A stretch of DNA of 58,372 bases. Source: a virus (taxonomy: Duplodnaviria; Caudoviricetes). The stretch lies in IMG/VR virus record IMGVR_UViG_3300032327_000398, positions 1-58,372 of that record; one strand, given 5' to 3'. The notes below the pieces were generated by a model, which saw only the letters and a list, made by a program, of their open reading frames with translations, did not search any database and was not told the DNA's origin. Both the position numbers and the translations under genes were made by a program. Positions 26,620-35,597 of the stretch are shown piece by piece. The first letter of the stretch is position 1; each line of letters begins with the position of its first letter.

Positions 26620-27087
26620 ATGGCGTCCGAATCGTACATATACCTAGAGTGCCCGACAGAGTTAATGGAGCAAGCCCTGAGCGTCTTTAGGCTCAACAAC
26701 AAGCACATGATCGCCGACGACCTTCGAAACTATGGGTACACATCAACCGCAACATTCAGAGCAAACCCTGACCAGAGTGAGAACTCAGCTTCACTACAAG
26801 CTGCAGGTATACCCCACGACATATCGGTCGAGCGTGACTACGACGTAGATCCCATGACGTACTACGTTCGGTTCAACCCCGATGGTACGACGGTTCGTAA
26901 AGAGATCATGGACGACGACGTAGTGTTGCCTGTCTACAAACTGCACGACTTACTGGACAAGCCCGATGAACTACGAGCCATGATACAGAAACGCTGGGAG
27001 GATGTCCAAGTCCTGCCATGGGATAACCAACTGGAGTACAGCCTACCTGCAAGGGTAGCCGCAAGACTAATGAGGAGCACGTCATGA
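26620..27087 (+). CDS. Hypothetical protein
   Basis: AAGGAG SD, 155 aa. Confidence 0.7.
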   Translation: MASESYIYLECPTELMEQALSVFRLNNKHMIADDLRNYGYTSTATFRANPDQSENSASLQAAGIPHDISVERDYDVDPMTYYVRFNPDGTTVRKEIMDDDVVLPVYKLHDLLDKPDELRAMIQKRWEDVQVLPWDNQLEYSLPARVAARLMRSTS

Positions 27088-28292
27088 GCATCGTCACCAC
27101 CAACCCACAGCACGCCATCACCAAGGCACGCGTATCCATCCAGATCGACCATGCCTTCTTCGCCTTCATCCTATGCAAGCACACCATACACATCACTGAT
27201 CAAGTAGACACCTTGGCGGTCGACCCACGCAAGAATCTGTATATAAACCCCGAGTTCATTAGCGGCTTAATCTCACAGCAGCTCGTCTGGGCCCTGTGTC
27301 ACGAAGTCATGCACCCTATCCTTGGACACTTCGCTCGTATCGGCACACGTAATGCGTATAAGTGGAACTACGCAGGGGATGCCGTCATCAACGATATGCT
27401 TGCAGACTGCGGAATTGGCGCACCGATCCCAAATACAGTCAACATGCCGGGCTCCAGGCACAAGACTACCGAACAAATCTATAACGAGTTACCAGATAAA
27501 CCTCAACCCAAGCGCGGCCAGCCCGGCCAGCCAAGTAAGCCAAGTAACTCAGGCCAACCCGGACAACCCGGAACTCCCGGACAACCCAGCCCCGACGACC
27601 AGTACGACAACGGGCTAGGCAACGACATCATGCACGGCGCACCGCTCACCCCCGCCGAGATCCAAGAGATCGAGACACAAATCAAGATTGACGTCACCCA
27701 AGCCGCCCTTGCTGCAAAGGTACGTGGTCAGCTGACGGGCAAGTTAGCGCAGTTTGTTGCCGACATGATCGAGGTCAGCACACCGTGGTACGACATCCTT
27801 GAGAGATTCATGCAGGGTCAGATGCGTCACGAGCAGTCATGGATGCGCCCTAACCGTCGCTTTCTGGAATACGGCTATCTGCCAAGTTCTGGCAAGACTC
27901 CCCAGATGGGCGAGGTTGTCATCCAGATCGACGTCTCAGGCTCGATCACACGCAAAGAGATGCAACACTACGCCGGACACATGCAGCGCATCGTGGATCA
28001 GTGCCGCCCCGAGAAAGTCCATGTCCTGTACGTAGACACACAGGTTAAACGCCACGACACCTTCGAGCTTGGCGAGGAGCTTGAGTTCAACTTCTTCTCC
28101 GCCGGTGGCACCGATATGCCCGCAGGTTTTAGGTATTGCGAAGATCATGGCATCGAGCCAGATGTATTGATCTGCTTGACCGATGGCTATACCCCATGGG
28201 GCGAAGACCCCGGATATCCCGTTGTGTGGTGTATCAGTTCGACCAAGACGCCTGACTTCGGTCTGCACGTTCCATTCAAAATCGAGGAGTGA
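27084..28292 (+). CDS. Zinc metallopeptidase plus VWA-domain protein (DUF2201-like)
   Basis: HEVMH zincin motif, WNYAGD..IN, PGQ linker, MIDAS DVSGS...GGTD...TDG. Confidence 0.85.
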   Translation: MSIVTTNPQHAITKARVSIQIDHAFFAFILCKHTIHITDQVDTLAVDPRKNLYINPEFISGLISQQLVWALCHEVMHPILGHFARIGTRNAYKWNYAGDAVINDMLADCGIGAPIPNTVNMPGSRHKTTEQIYNELPDKPQPKRGQPGQPSKPSNSGQPGQPGTPGQPSPDDQYDNGLGNDIMHGAPLTPAEIQEIETQIKIDVTQAALAAKVRGQLTGKLAQFVADMIEVSTPWYDILERFMQGQMRHEQSWMRPNRRFLEYGYLPSSGKTPQMGEVVIQIDVSGSITRKEMQHYAGHMQRIVDQCRPEKVHVLYVDTQVKRHDTFELGEELEFNFFSAGGTDMPAGFRYCEDHGIEPDVLICLTDGYTPWGEDPGYPVVWCISSTKTPDFGLHVPFKIEE

Positions 28293-28295
28293 GAG

Positions 28296-28475
28296 ATGAA
28301 AGCCAGAAAGATAGCCAAGGCGCACTCATGGTCAACGCTTGGTAACAAGTGCAAGCACTTCGAGTGGTATTGCTGTGTCTGTGAAGCTTACAGGTACAAG
28401 GAATTGTTCGGCGGTTTCGCATCGCTCGAAATTGTAGATGCATGGGCTGAGCCACTTAGACAGGAGGAAGAATGA
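28296..28475 (+). CDS. Small Cys-rich protein (59 aa, not in ORF track)
   Basis: KCKHFEWYCCVC; fills the gap and overlaps the next gene by ATGA. Confidence 0.55.
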   Translation: MKARKIAKAHSWSTLGNKCKHFEWYCCVCEAYRYKELFGGFASLEIVDAWAEPLRQEEE

Positions 28476-29098
28476 GCCCAGAACTTAAAGAACTCATTGA
28501 GGAGCACCGATACTATAACGTCGAGCACCAAGATTGGTGGGAGCATATCTATGCAGACTTTTCAATGCACTTGGAAAGGCGTGGCATTACGGTAGAAGAA
28601 ATACAGTTCTCGGGGTTCGCAAGCCAAGGCGATGGAGCATCCTTTACGGGGTACGTAGCACGTCACGATATGTGTCTGTTCATGGAGGTAGAAGGACTAA
28701 TTAAAGAGTTTCCCGAATCCTACACACTTGCTGGATATGACATGCTTGCCGCCACAATCGGGCATAGGGGTAGGTACTACCACCACATGTCAGCCACGGT
28801 AGAGATTAACGACGATGTGTATAACGAATACGATCCGGGTTCTATTCGTGAAGCTGCGTTTCAAGCGATCATCACGCGCTTTCACGAGAGCTTTATGGCG
28901 TTCGAGGCAAGAGTCACCAAGATTCTGCGCAACCACATGCAAGACCTGTACAAGTCCCTCAATGATGAGCATGACTATCTAACAAGTGACGAAGGCGTAT
29001 TGAATACGTTAGTATGTAACGACATGATTCCAGACGAAATAGTAGTACCTGCACACACAAACACACCCAACAACCAAGCACAAACCGAAACTATCTAA
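28472..29098 (+). CDS. Conserved phage/plasmid early protein
   Basis: FSGFASQGDGASF and LYKSL..EHDYLTSDE motifs. Confidence 0.7.
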   Translation: MSPELKELIEEHRYYNVEHQDWWEHIYADFSMHLERRGITVEEIQFSGFASQGDGASFTGYVARHDMCLFMEVEGLIKEFPESYTLAGYDMLAATIGHRGRYYHHMSATVEINDDVYNEYDPGSIREAAFQAIITRFHESFMAFEARVTKILRNHMQDLYKSLNDEHDYLTSDEGVLNTLVCNDMIPDEIVVPAHTNTPNNQAQTETI

Positions 29099-29107
29099 GG
29101 ACTAATC

Positions 29108-29761
29108 ATGGCATATGTATCCATCTCAGCAGGACTCCTTGCAGACGTTGTACTTAAGATTCACACCATGCGTGACGCTGAGCGCAAGCCCTACATACAG
29201 AGCAACAGCCTCACCATCGACCCAGACAGCCCCTTCATGGTAGCTCTAATCTATGGCGAACACGCTCACCTCAAGCACCAGATCCCCGTGGGCTGGCTCT
29301 GGACTGATAACGATATACGAGCACGTTTCGTGGATACGACCTCTGAGGGACGTGAGTTTACTCATACACTCAAAATAGATTTCGGTCGACAAGTCCCGCT
29401 TCCACGCAACGTCACGGGCTATGGCGATAGCGGACAGAACGTCATTACCAATCTGGAAGCCCCCGAGATCAAGGAGTACGCTGATAAAAATCGTGCAGAC
29501 ATGTCGATTATTGACAGATGGAAGATCGTCGAAGAGCAAGTGACTAACTTCTTAAAAAATTGTAAGTCACTCAATGAGGGCTTAAAGCTCTGGCCTCAGC
29601 TCTCTATGTATATACCGAGCGATGATATTGCACGCGTCGAGCGCAAGACCGCCAAGGTCAAAGAGGTATCTGGTGCGGCAGCATCCCTAGCCACGATGGA
29701 CACGGACATGTTAATTGGTTCAGCAGTCATCGCGCGCATGTCGGGTGCCGTGCTTACCTAA
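29108..29761 (+). CDS. Nmad5-like protein
   Basis: C-terminal V..FL..CKSL..GLKLWP.L..YIP resembles nucleotide-modification-associated domain 5. Confidence 0.5.
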   Translation: MAYVSISAGLLADVVLKIHTMRDAERKPYIQSNSLTIDPDSPFMVALIYGEHAHLKHQIPVGWLWTDNDIRARFVDTTSEGREFTHTLKIDFGRQVPLPRNVTGYGDSGQNVITNLEAPEIKEYADKNRADMSIIDRWKIVEEQVTNFLKNCKSLNEGLKLWPQLSMYIPSDDIARVERKTAKVKEVSGAAASLATMDTDMLIGSAVIARMSGAVLT

Positions 29762-29932
29762 TTTAAAGGGGACTGCGATTGTTTGTCCATAACTGGGTCA
29801 AGCCGCCCGGTACCCCGCCCCTAATGCCTGAGTACGTTGCCCCCGAGGATTCTTAACGACGTATGGCAGGTCAACTCGTATCGCAGTGGTAACGATTTTA
29901 GCGAGAAATTAGGGGAACGGCTAACTTACATG

Positions 29933-29961
29933 TTGCACTAGCTAACAAGCGTGTGTATAGT
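29933..29961 (+). promoter_or_regulatory. Sigma70-like promoter
   Basis: TTGCAC-17 bp-TATAGT with CTAACA in the spacer. Confidence 0.55.
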
Positions 29962-29987
29962 TCATAGTGATCCACAAGGAGCAGCAT

Positions 29988-30173
29988 ATGTCCTACGAGT
30001 TTAGGCGTTATCCACGTACTATCCAAGAGGCATTTCCTCATATCGACCACACACAATATAGAAAAGCACGATGCACGCCCTACGTGTTACGGCTTTTAGG
30101 TAATCCGATCATAAGTAGTATTGTGGCGATTATGGTGTTAGTTACTTATGCCATATTGAGATGGTGTACATAG
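29988..30173 (+). CDS. Small membrane protein
   Basis: AAGGAG SD; RRYPRT..EAF motif; C-terminal TM. Confidence 0.6.
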   Translation: MSYEFRRYPRTIQEAFPHIDHTQYRKARCTPYVLRLLGNPIISSIVAIMVLVTYAILRWCT

Positions 30174-30361
30174 TGCCACGCAAGAAGCCAGAAGGTCAGC
30201 TTGATACGGTGTTTGGTGCAGCGCACATGACACTCTCCGAGGTGGGTGAGGTTCTTGGACTAACACGAGAGCGTGTTCGCCAGATCGAGGTGAGCGCACT
30301 GAAGAAGCTGCGAGCGGCACTACGCAAAGCAGGTATTGATTCACTAAACGACTTATTGTAG
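30161..30361 (+). CDS. Stand-alone sigma70 region-4 HTH protein
   Basis: [28 protein letters not shown] closely matches RpoD region 4.2. Confidence 0.85.
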   Translation: MVYIVPRKKPEGQLDTVFGAAHMTLSEVGEVLGLTRERVRQIEVSALKKLRAALRKAGIDSLNDLL

Positions 30362-30369
30362 GAGTACCT

Positions 30370-30645
30370 ATGCAGGAACTAACCGATGTCCTTAACGAGC
30401 GGGGAAACCGCTACGGTAAGTTTGTAGGACACGCTGAAGTGACCCAGATGCTTAAGGCTGTGATCGAGTCAGCGCTTGCCAAGCGGGCAAAGATTCTTGC
30501 ACCAGACCAGCAAGAAGCACTCGACATGGTATGCCACAAGATTGGGCGCATCGTGAACGGTGATCCTGATTATGCAGATAGTTGGATAGATATTGCGGGG
30601 TATTCCAAGTTGGTAGCAGATAGATTGGAGGGAATTGAGCGATGA
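30370..30645 (+). CDS. DUF6378-like phage protein
   Basis: L.ERG.RYG.F...KIGRI...D.W.DIAGY. Confidence 0.7.
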   Translation: MQELTDVLNERGNRYGKFVGHAEVTQMLKAVIESALAKRAKILAPDQQEALDMVCHKIGRIVNGDPDYADSWIDIAGYSKLVADRLEGIER

Positions 30646-31049
30646 TAACGGTAATTAAACCCGATGGCAGTACGGTAGACAGTGAGGACTCTTCAGTCAC
30701 TGCAGCGACTCAGAAAGCATGTTGCATTATTGACACCGCCTTGCACGATATTGCCAGTAAGCACGGAGTAAATTGTGCCCAGTTTGCAGGACTCACCGAT
30801 ATGATGTTTACGCAGACCGATGCGTTTGTTCACGTCCTGCACAGCTTGTACGAGTGTAGTGATATGACTGAGGAAGACCATGACTATGAGTTGAGCATGT
30901 ACTTAGAAGTCAATGCAGTCATGTCCCACAACATAGCTGAGGCGCTCGGTATTCGCTCGGAGCTTGCAGGGACGATCGCAAATCAGATTAGCGCGGCACA
31001 CAAACGTGCAAGCACGATCGCTGCGAACAGCGGAGCGGAGCTTCACTGA
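30642..31049 (+). CDS. Hypothetical protein
   Basis: Coupled ORF, 135 aa. Confidence 0.6.
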   Translation: MITVIKPDGSTVDSEDSSVTAATQKACCIIDTALHDIASKHGVNCAQFAGLTDMMFTQTDAFVHVLHSLYECSDMTEEDHDYELSMYLEVNAVMSHNIAEALGIRSELAGTIANQISAAHKRASTIAANSGAELH

Positions 31050-31210
31050 TGCAACTTGTAGAACAGAAGATGTGCACAGGCTGTCAGCGTCTGCGCAGCA
31101 CAGAGAATGGCGAGTACCAACAACGTGGCAAGATCAGGCGATGGATATGCAAGGTGTGTGTTGCCAAGACCAACGTATCGCTCTACACCTATCGTAAGGA
31201 TCTGGAATGA
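31049..31210 (+). CDS. Zinc-ribbon protein (53 aa, not in ORF track)
   Basis: CTGC...RWICKVC; TGATG and ATGA coupling at both ends. Confidence 0.65.
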   Translation: MQLVEQKMCTGCQRLRSTENGEYQQRGKIRRWICKVCVAKTNVSLYTYRKDLE

Positions 31211-31602
31211 AACACGACAAAAGCCAGATGAGTACCTACCAACTGGAGGAGTATTCCACAAAGATATTTGTGTTAGCCGCTGAGAAGCTGCGCATGATGG
31301 GGGTTATAAAAACCAACGTCGTGCGTCGTAAAACTCTGCTCTCACACATGGCCTTGGTGATGGAGAAGCCCCTGAGTGGTACAGAAGTTGAGTTCGTTGA
31401 GCAATTTCTGGAAGCAAATCAGCACGTAGTTGACACAGGCGTCGCACCATCACGCACCGCACCAAGCCTTGCCTCTCGCCGCCCCTACAAGTTACCAATA
31501 GAGATGCAGATTGCTGCGCAGCGGGCTCGCGCCGAGCAGCCAGAGCTTATCAGCGTCAACGGAAAACTGAAATTCATAAACCTTGGCGGCAGAGATGATT
31601 GA
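31207..31602 (+). CDS. Hypothetical protein
   Basis: Coupled ORF, 131 aa. Confidence 0.6.
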   Translation: MKHDKSQMSTYQLEEYSTKIFVLAAEKLRMMGVIKTNVVRRKTLLSHMALVMEKPLSGTEVEFVEQFLEANQHVVDTGVAPSRTAPSLASRRPYKLPIEMQIAAQRARAEQPELISVNGKLKFINLGGRDD

Positions 31603-31816
31603 TGTACCGGTTACTTCCATCGAACCGCGATGGGAACTTGATTTGAGCCTAGCCCCCAAGGGACGAAAACTACTAGCAATGAACCCAAGTGGTGTGGCCG
31701 TGTTTGCCACGCTCTCCGCGTCAAACCTAAAGTACTTCGTAGCTTGGTGCCCACTGCCTAAGCTAAACGCCGCCCAGAAAGATATTCTGCACCCACGTCG
31801 TAAGGAAGAGAAATGA
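31595..31816 (+). CDS. Hypothetical protein (DUF551-like ending)
   Basis: AP.G.K.L...GVA...VAWCPLP. Confidence 0.6.
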   Translation: MIDVPVTSIEPRWELDLSLAPKGRKLLAMNPSGVAVFATLSASNLKYFVAWCPLPKLNAAQKDILHPRRKEEK

Positions 31817-31992
31817 AATTACCGACAGTTAAAGAGGCGAATGAGGCTGTCAATGATGGGTTAGCAACGCCGCTAGATGTATTTGTGAGCGAATGGACAC
31901 CAACCAACCATGAAGATTATTTCCGCAATGATTTGCAGAAACTAGTTAATTACTTTCTGAAAGCACGAGTGAGAAATGAACGAACAACCTAA
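31813..31992 (+). CDS. Small protein (59 aa, not in ORF track)
   Basis: MKLPTVKEANEAV...ATPLDVFVSEWTP; ATGA-coupled. Confidence 0.55.
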   Translation: MKLPTVKEANEAVNDGLATPLDVFVSEWTPTNHEDYFRNDLQKLVNYFLKARVRNERTT

Positions 31993-32176
31993 AGAACTTG
32001 CTGATATTAGCAATAAAGACCTGTATTTAAAATCTCTTGATGATGATGGTGAATTTTGTTATCAGCGCTTTGCAGAATTAGTCCGGCAGGATGAACGTGA
32101 AGCGTGCGCTAAGTTGTGTGACGACTGGTTTGCAGCAACAGCCGGTCAAGCAATCAGAGAAAGGAGTGAGAAATGA
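31976..32176 (+). CDS. Hypothetical protein
   Basis: RFAELVRQDEREACAKLC motif common in freshwater phages. Confidence 0.65.
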   Translation: MNEQPKELADISNKDLYLKSLDDDGEFCYQRFAELVRQDEREACAKLCDDWFAATAGQAIRERSEK

Positions 32177-32445
32177 ACAAGATTGATTTAATTATTGATG
32201 CGCTTGACCAATTCATAACACTTGATAAACATAAATGGGACTTTGTATCAGTAGAGCAAGCACTTGCCGCTGCCCGTGAGTTGCGAGATATGAAGCCTGT
32301 GGCGTACTGGAATAAAGCGGGATATGAATTTGGTGCGGATGATGAGGATTTTATATACCCAGAAACTCGACATCACCACATTAAAGCAAATAGCCATGCG
32401 GATTATTGGTCTATTCCACTCTACGCACTGGAGCAATCAGAATGA
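32173..32445 (+). CDS. Hypothetical protein
   Basis: PVAY...PLY motif; AGGAG SD. Confidence 0.65.
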   Translation: MNKIDLIIDALDQFITLDKHKWDFVSVEQALAAARELRDMKPVAYWNKAGYEFGADDEDFIYPETRHHHIKANSHADYWSIPLYALEQSE

Positions 32446-32747
32446 ATAAGCTACTAATCGCCATGCTACTTAGCACTACAGCTCACGCCCAGCCCCAGCA
32501 GGTAACGACATTTAATGACCCCATGGGGCAGCTCATCGGCACACTGACCAACCAAGGCTACCAGAGTATTTTTACTGACCCGACAGGACAAGTCTCAGCA
32601 GTCATCACAAACCCTACGCCAACTTACAGCCCCTCGTACTCACCTGCCCCCAATACTATGCCTACGATCACGAGCCCGATTGCACCACCGATCACCGCAC
32701 CTCAACCCCCCGCGCTACCGCAGATCAGTCCGTGGGGTTCACGATGA
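32442..32747 (+). CDS. Exported Pro/Thr-rich protein
   Basis: Signal peptide MNKLLIAMLLSTTAHA-Q; F.DP.GQ occurs twice; Pro-rich tail. Confidence 0.6.
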   Translation: MNKLLIAMLLSTTAHAQPQQVTTFNDPMGQLIGTLTNQGYQSIFTDPTGQVSAVITNPTPTYSPSYSPAPNTMPTITSPIAPPITAPQPPALPQISPWGSR

Positions 32748-32968
32748 ATATATCTGGAGCTCTTCCGTCGGGCAACATCGCACAAGGTATTTCAGCGTCA
32801 AGCTACGATACTTCCGTTATGGCAGGACGACATACCTTCGTCTGCATACAAGCAGTAAACGGCTGGGTGCTTCACTTTGACAGAGCCCAGTACATCTGCA
32901 AAGACCTCAACGAATTAGGCCAGCAGGTCGTGGCATCACTCGTCGCAAACAGACTGGAGAGTAAATGA
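32744..32968 (+). CDS. Hypothetical protein
   Basis: IQAVNGWVL motif; coupled to the polymerase gene. Confidence 0.6.
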   Translation: MNISGALPSGNIAQGISASSYDTSVMAGRHTFVCIQAVNGWVLHFDRAQYICKDLNELGQQVVASLVANRLESK

Positions 32969-34809
32969 GTATCATCGCACTGGATTTTGAGACCTATTAC
33001 GCCAAGGATTTCAGTCTGTCCAAGATGACGACTGAGAGTTACATCCGTAGCCCGCAGTTTCAGGTCATTGGCTTTGGATATAGTATCGACGGTGCTGAGC
33101 CTGAGTGGGTATCCGGGACAGAGGCGTTAATTGGCGCAACACTTCGTGATCTGGACATCCCTAACCACACCCTGCTCTGCCACCACGCAGCCTTTGATGG
33201 CGCGATCCTCGCTTGGCGCTACGGACTGATACCCAAGGTATACCTCGATACGAAGTCCATGGCAGTCCCCATCACAGGACATACAAGGGTTGGTGCGTCT
33301 CTGGCTAAACTAGCCGTGCACTTTAATCTTGGCAGGAAAGGCACCGAGGTGGTCGATGCACTCGGTAAGCGCAAGCAGGATTTCGGATTCACCGACCTGC
33401 ACCAGTACGGCGAGTACTGTAAGAACGATGTGCAGTTAACTTGGGATCTATTTAAGTTGCTGCTGCCGATGTCCACCAAGAAAGAGATGTTCATTATCGA
33501 CATGCTCATTCGTATGTACACCGACCCCGTGATGGTGTTTGACGCACCACTGCTCGAAGAACACCTCACCGAGGTCAGGCGTAAGAAAGCCGCACTCATG
33601 GCAAAGCTCGACGAATCTATCGGTCGAGACCAGCTCATGTCAAACCCTAAGTTTGCGGAGATCTTAATTAAGCTAGGAGTTATCCCTCCCACCAAGGTAT
33701 CACAAGCCACCGGCAAGGAAGCCTACGCATTTGCCAAGACCGATCAGGAGTTCAAGGAGCTGCTCGAGCACGAGGATATTCGTGTGCAGACCGTGGTCGC
33801 TGCACGCCTGGGGGTGAAGTCGACCCTTGAAGAAACACGTACCGAATCCTTTATTGGTATCGCTAGTCGTGGCACGCTGCCTGTCATGCTGAATTATTAC
33901 GGTGCAGCCACAGGTAGGTGCTCAGGTGGCGACAAGATGAACTTCCAGAACATGCCCCGAGCGGGAGTCCTGCGTAAAGCGATCCTGCCACCCGAAGGCC
34001 ATACGATTGTGGTGGCTGATTCGTCCCAGATCGAGGCGCGGATTGTTGCGTGGCTTGCAGGGCAGACTGATCTGATGCAGGCGTTTGCTGCCAAGCAGGA
34101 CGTGTATAAGCGTATGGGCACAGTGATTTACAACAAGCCTATTGAGGATATAACCACGGACGAGAGACAAATATCGAAATGCGTAGTGCTCGGCGCAGGA
34201 TATGGAATGAGCGCCAACAAGTTTCGCGACTACGCTAAAACGATAGCTAAAGTTGATCTGTCCGAGCAAGAAGCCAAGCGGATCATCACAACTTACCGTA
34301 ACACCAACAGCCATATCGCCGCACTCTGGCGCGATGGAGAAAAGGCACTTGCAGCAATCGCTAACAACGGATTCTACGAGTTCGGTGCAGCTAAGTTAGT
34401 ATGCGACAGCCGTGGAGTGCTCTTGCCAAATGGTATGTTTCTACTCTACCCGGGGCTTAGCAAAGGGGTTGAGGGTAATTACGAGTACGACTCCAAGTAT
34501 GGGCGCAAAGGTATATATGGCGCAGCACTTGTGGAGAACGTCACCCAAGCCTTGGCTCGTATCGTGGTGTTCGATCAGATGTGCAAGATGGAGCAAGAGC
34601 TTCGTAAGCGAGACAGCCGAGCGTCAGGCAAGCGCTATAGATCAGTGCTCTCTGTACATGACGAGACCGTAATCGTTGTCCCCCACGAAGACGTTGATTG
34701 GGCACTTGATCGGCTAATGTTTCATATGTCGACGCCTCCATCGTGGGCGACAAACTTACCTGTGGCTTGCGAGGGCGGTTCAGGTGCTAACTACGGCGAG
34801 GCAAAATAA
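32965..34809 (+). CDS. polA: Family A DNA polymerase with 3'-5' exonuclease
   Basis: ExoI LDFET, motif A ADSSQIEAR, motif B RQISKCVVLGAGYG, motif C VHDE. Confidence 0.93.
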   Translation: MSIIALDFETYYAKDFSLSKMTTESYIRSPQFQVIGFGYSIDGAEPEWVSGTEALIGATLRDLDIPNHTLLCHHAAFDGAILAWRYGLIPKVYLDTKSMAVPITGHTRVGASLAKLAVHFNLGRKGTEVVDALGKRKQDFGFTDLHQYGEYCKNDVQLTWDLFKLLLPMSTKKEMFIIDMLIRMYTDPVMVFDAPLLEEHLTEVRRKKAALMAKLDESIGRDQLMSNPKFAEILIKLGVIPPTKVSQATGKEAYAFAKTDQEFKELLEHEDIRVQTVVAARLGVKSTLEETRTESFIGIASRGTLPVMLNYYGAATGRCSGGDKMNFQNMPRAGVLRKAILPPEGHTIVVADSSQIEARIVAWLAGQTDLMQAFAAKQDVYKRMGTVIYNKPIEDITTDERQISKCVVLGAGYGMSANKFRDYAKTIAKVDLSEQEAKRIITTYRNTNSHIAALWRDGEKALAAIANNGFYEFGAAKLVCDSRGVLLPNGMFLLYPGLSKGVEGNYEYDSKYGRKGIYGAALVENVTQALARIVVFDQMCKMEQELRKRDSRASGKRYRSVLSVHDETVIVVPHEDVDWALDRLMFHMSTPPSWATNLPVACEGGSGANYGEAK

Positions 34810-34883
34810 ACATAATATTTATAATTAATAAATACCACTATTTGGTAAATAGCTTCTAACATACGCCATGTAGCTATATACAA

Positions 34884-34906
34884 ACACGTAGACGTGTGTA
34901 TATAAT
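34884..34906 (+). promoter_or_regulatory. Putative promoter/operator
   Basis: Palindrome ACACGT-AG-ACGTGT next to TATAAT. Confidence 0.45.
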
Positions 34907-34939
34907 TTGTTCTCCAAAACCATGTAGTGGTGAATCATC

Positions 34940-35524
34940 ATGATTACCTACAACCTTGAACGTGCGCGTGTTGCACTGCAGTATCTTGTTGATACTTCCT
35001 ACTACTCGCAGCACGTCCGACGCATAGAATCCTGTGTCGCAAAGCCTAGGGCGCTTCCGTTCAAAGATGACGCAGAGTCGCTTAACGAACTGATTATTGT
35101 CGGTCGGCAGAATCGTAAAGCACTGGATAACTTATTGGACGTAGCGCGCTCCAAGCGTGGAAACAAAGGCGAATACCAGCGCGAGTTCATGGCGGCTAAG
35201 CGCAAGCGTGATAGAAAGGTTATTCATCTAGAGGAATTACTGACCGGCCAGTCTTTAAGCCTCGAAGCACGCCGGTTGTTGTTGCTCAAGCAATACGCTA
35301 CATGGAATAAAGAACGCGAGCAATGCCTGAAAGAAAAGGATGCACTTGAGTGGGACGCACGCAATGCCTTACTGCGCGAATTCTGGCAATCCAAAGAAGA
35401 CGAGCTCGATACCATGCTCACAGACGTGACAACCGTACAGAGCTCATTTCGTAAAAAGAAGCGAGCAGTCACAGTACAAGCTAACGAAAATAAATTAGCT
35501 ACTAAGCCGTCAAAAAGATTGTAA
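34940..35524 (+). CDS. Hypothetical basic helical protein
   Basis: 194 aa, YQREFMAAKRKR. Confidence 0.7.
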   Translation: MITYNLERARVALQYLVDTSYYSQHVRRIESCVAKPRALPFKDDAESLNELIIVGRQNRKALDNLLDVARSKRGNKGEYQREFMAAKRKRDRKVIHLEELLTGQSLSLEARRLLLLKQYATWNKEREQCLKEKDALEWDARNALLREFWQSKEDELDTMLTDVTTVQSSFRKKKRAVTVQANENKLATKPSKRL

Positions 35525-35597
35525 GTCTGGTACAAATGAGCTAACATATACACACCGCCGACAATCAAGTCTGGTGGTGTTTCCCAATGGGGGGCTC

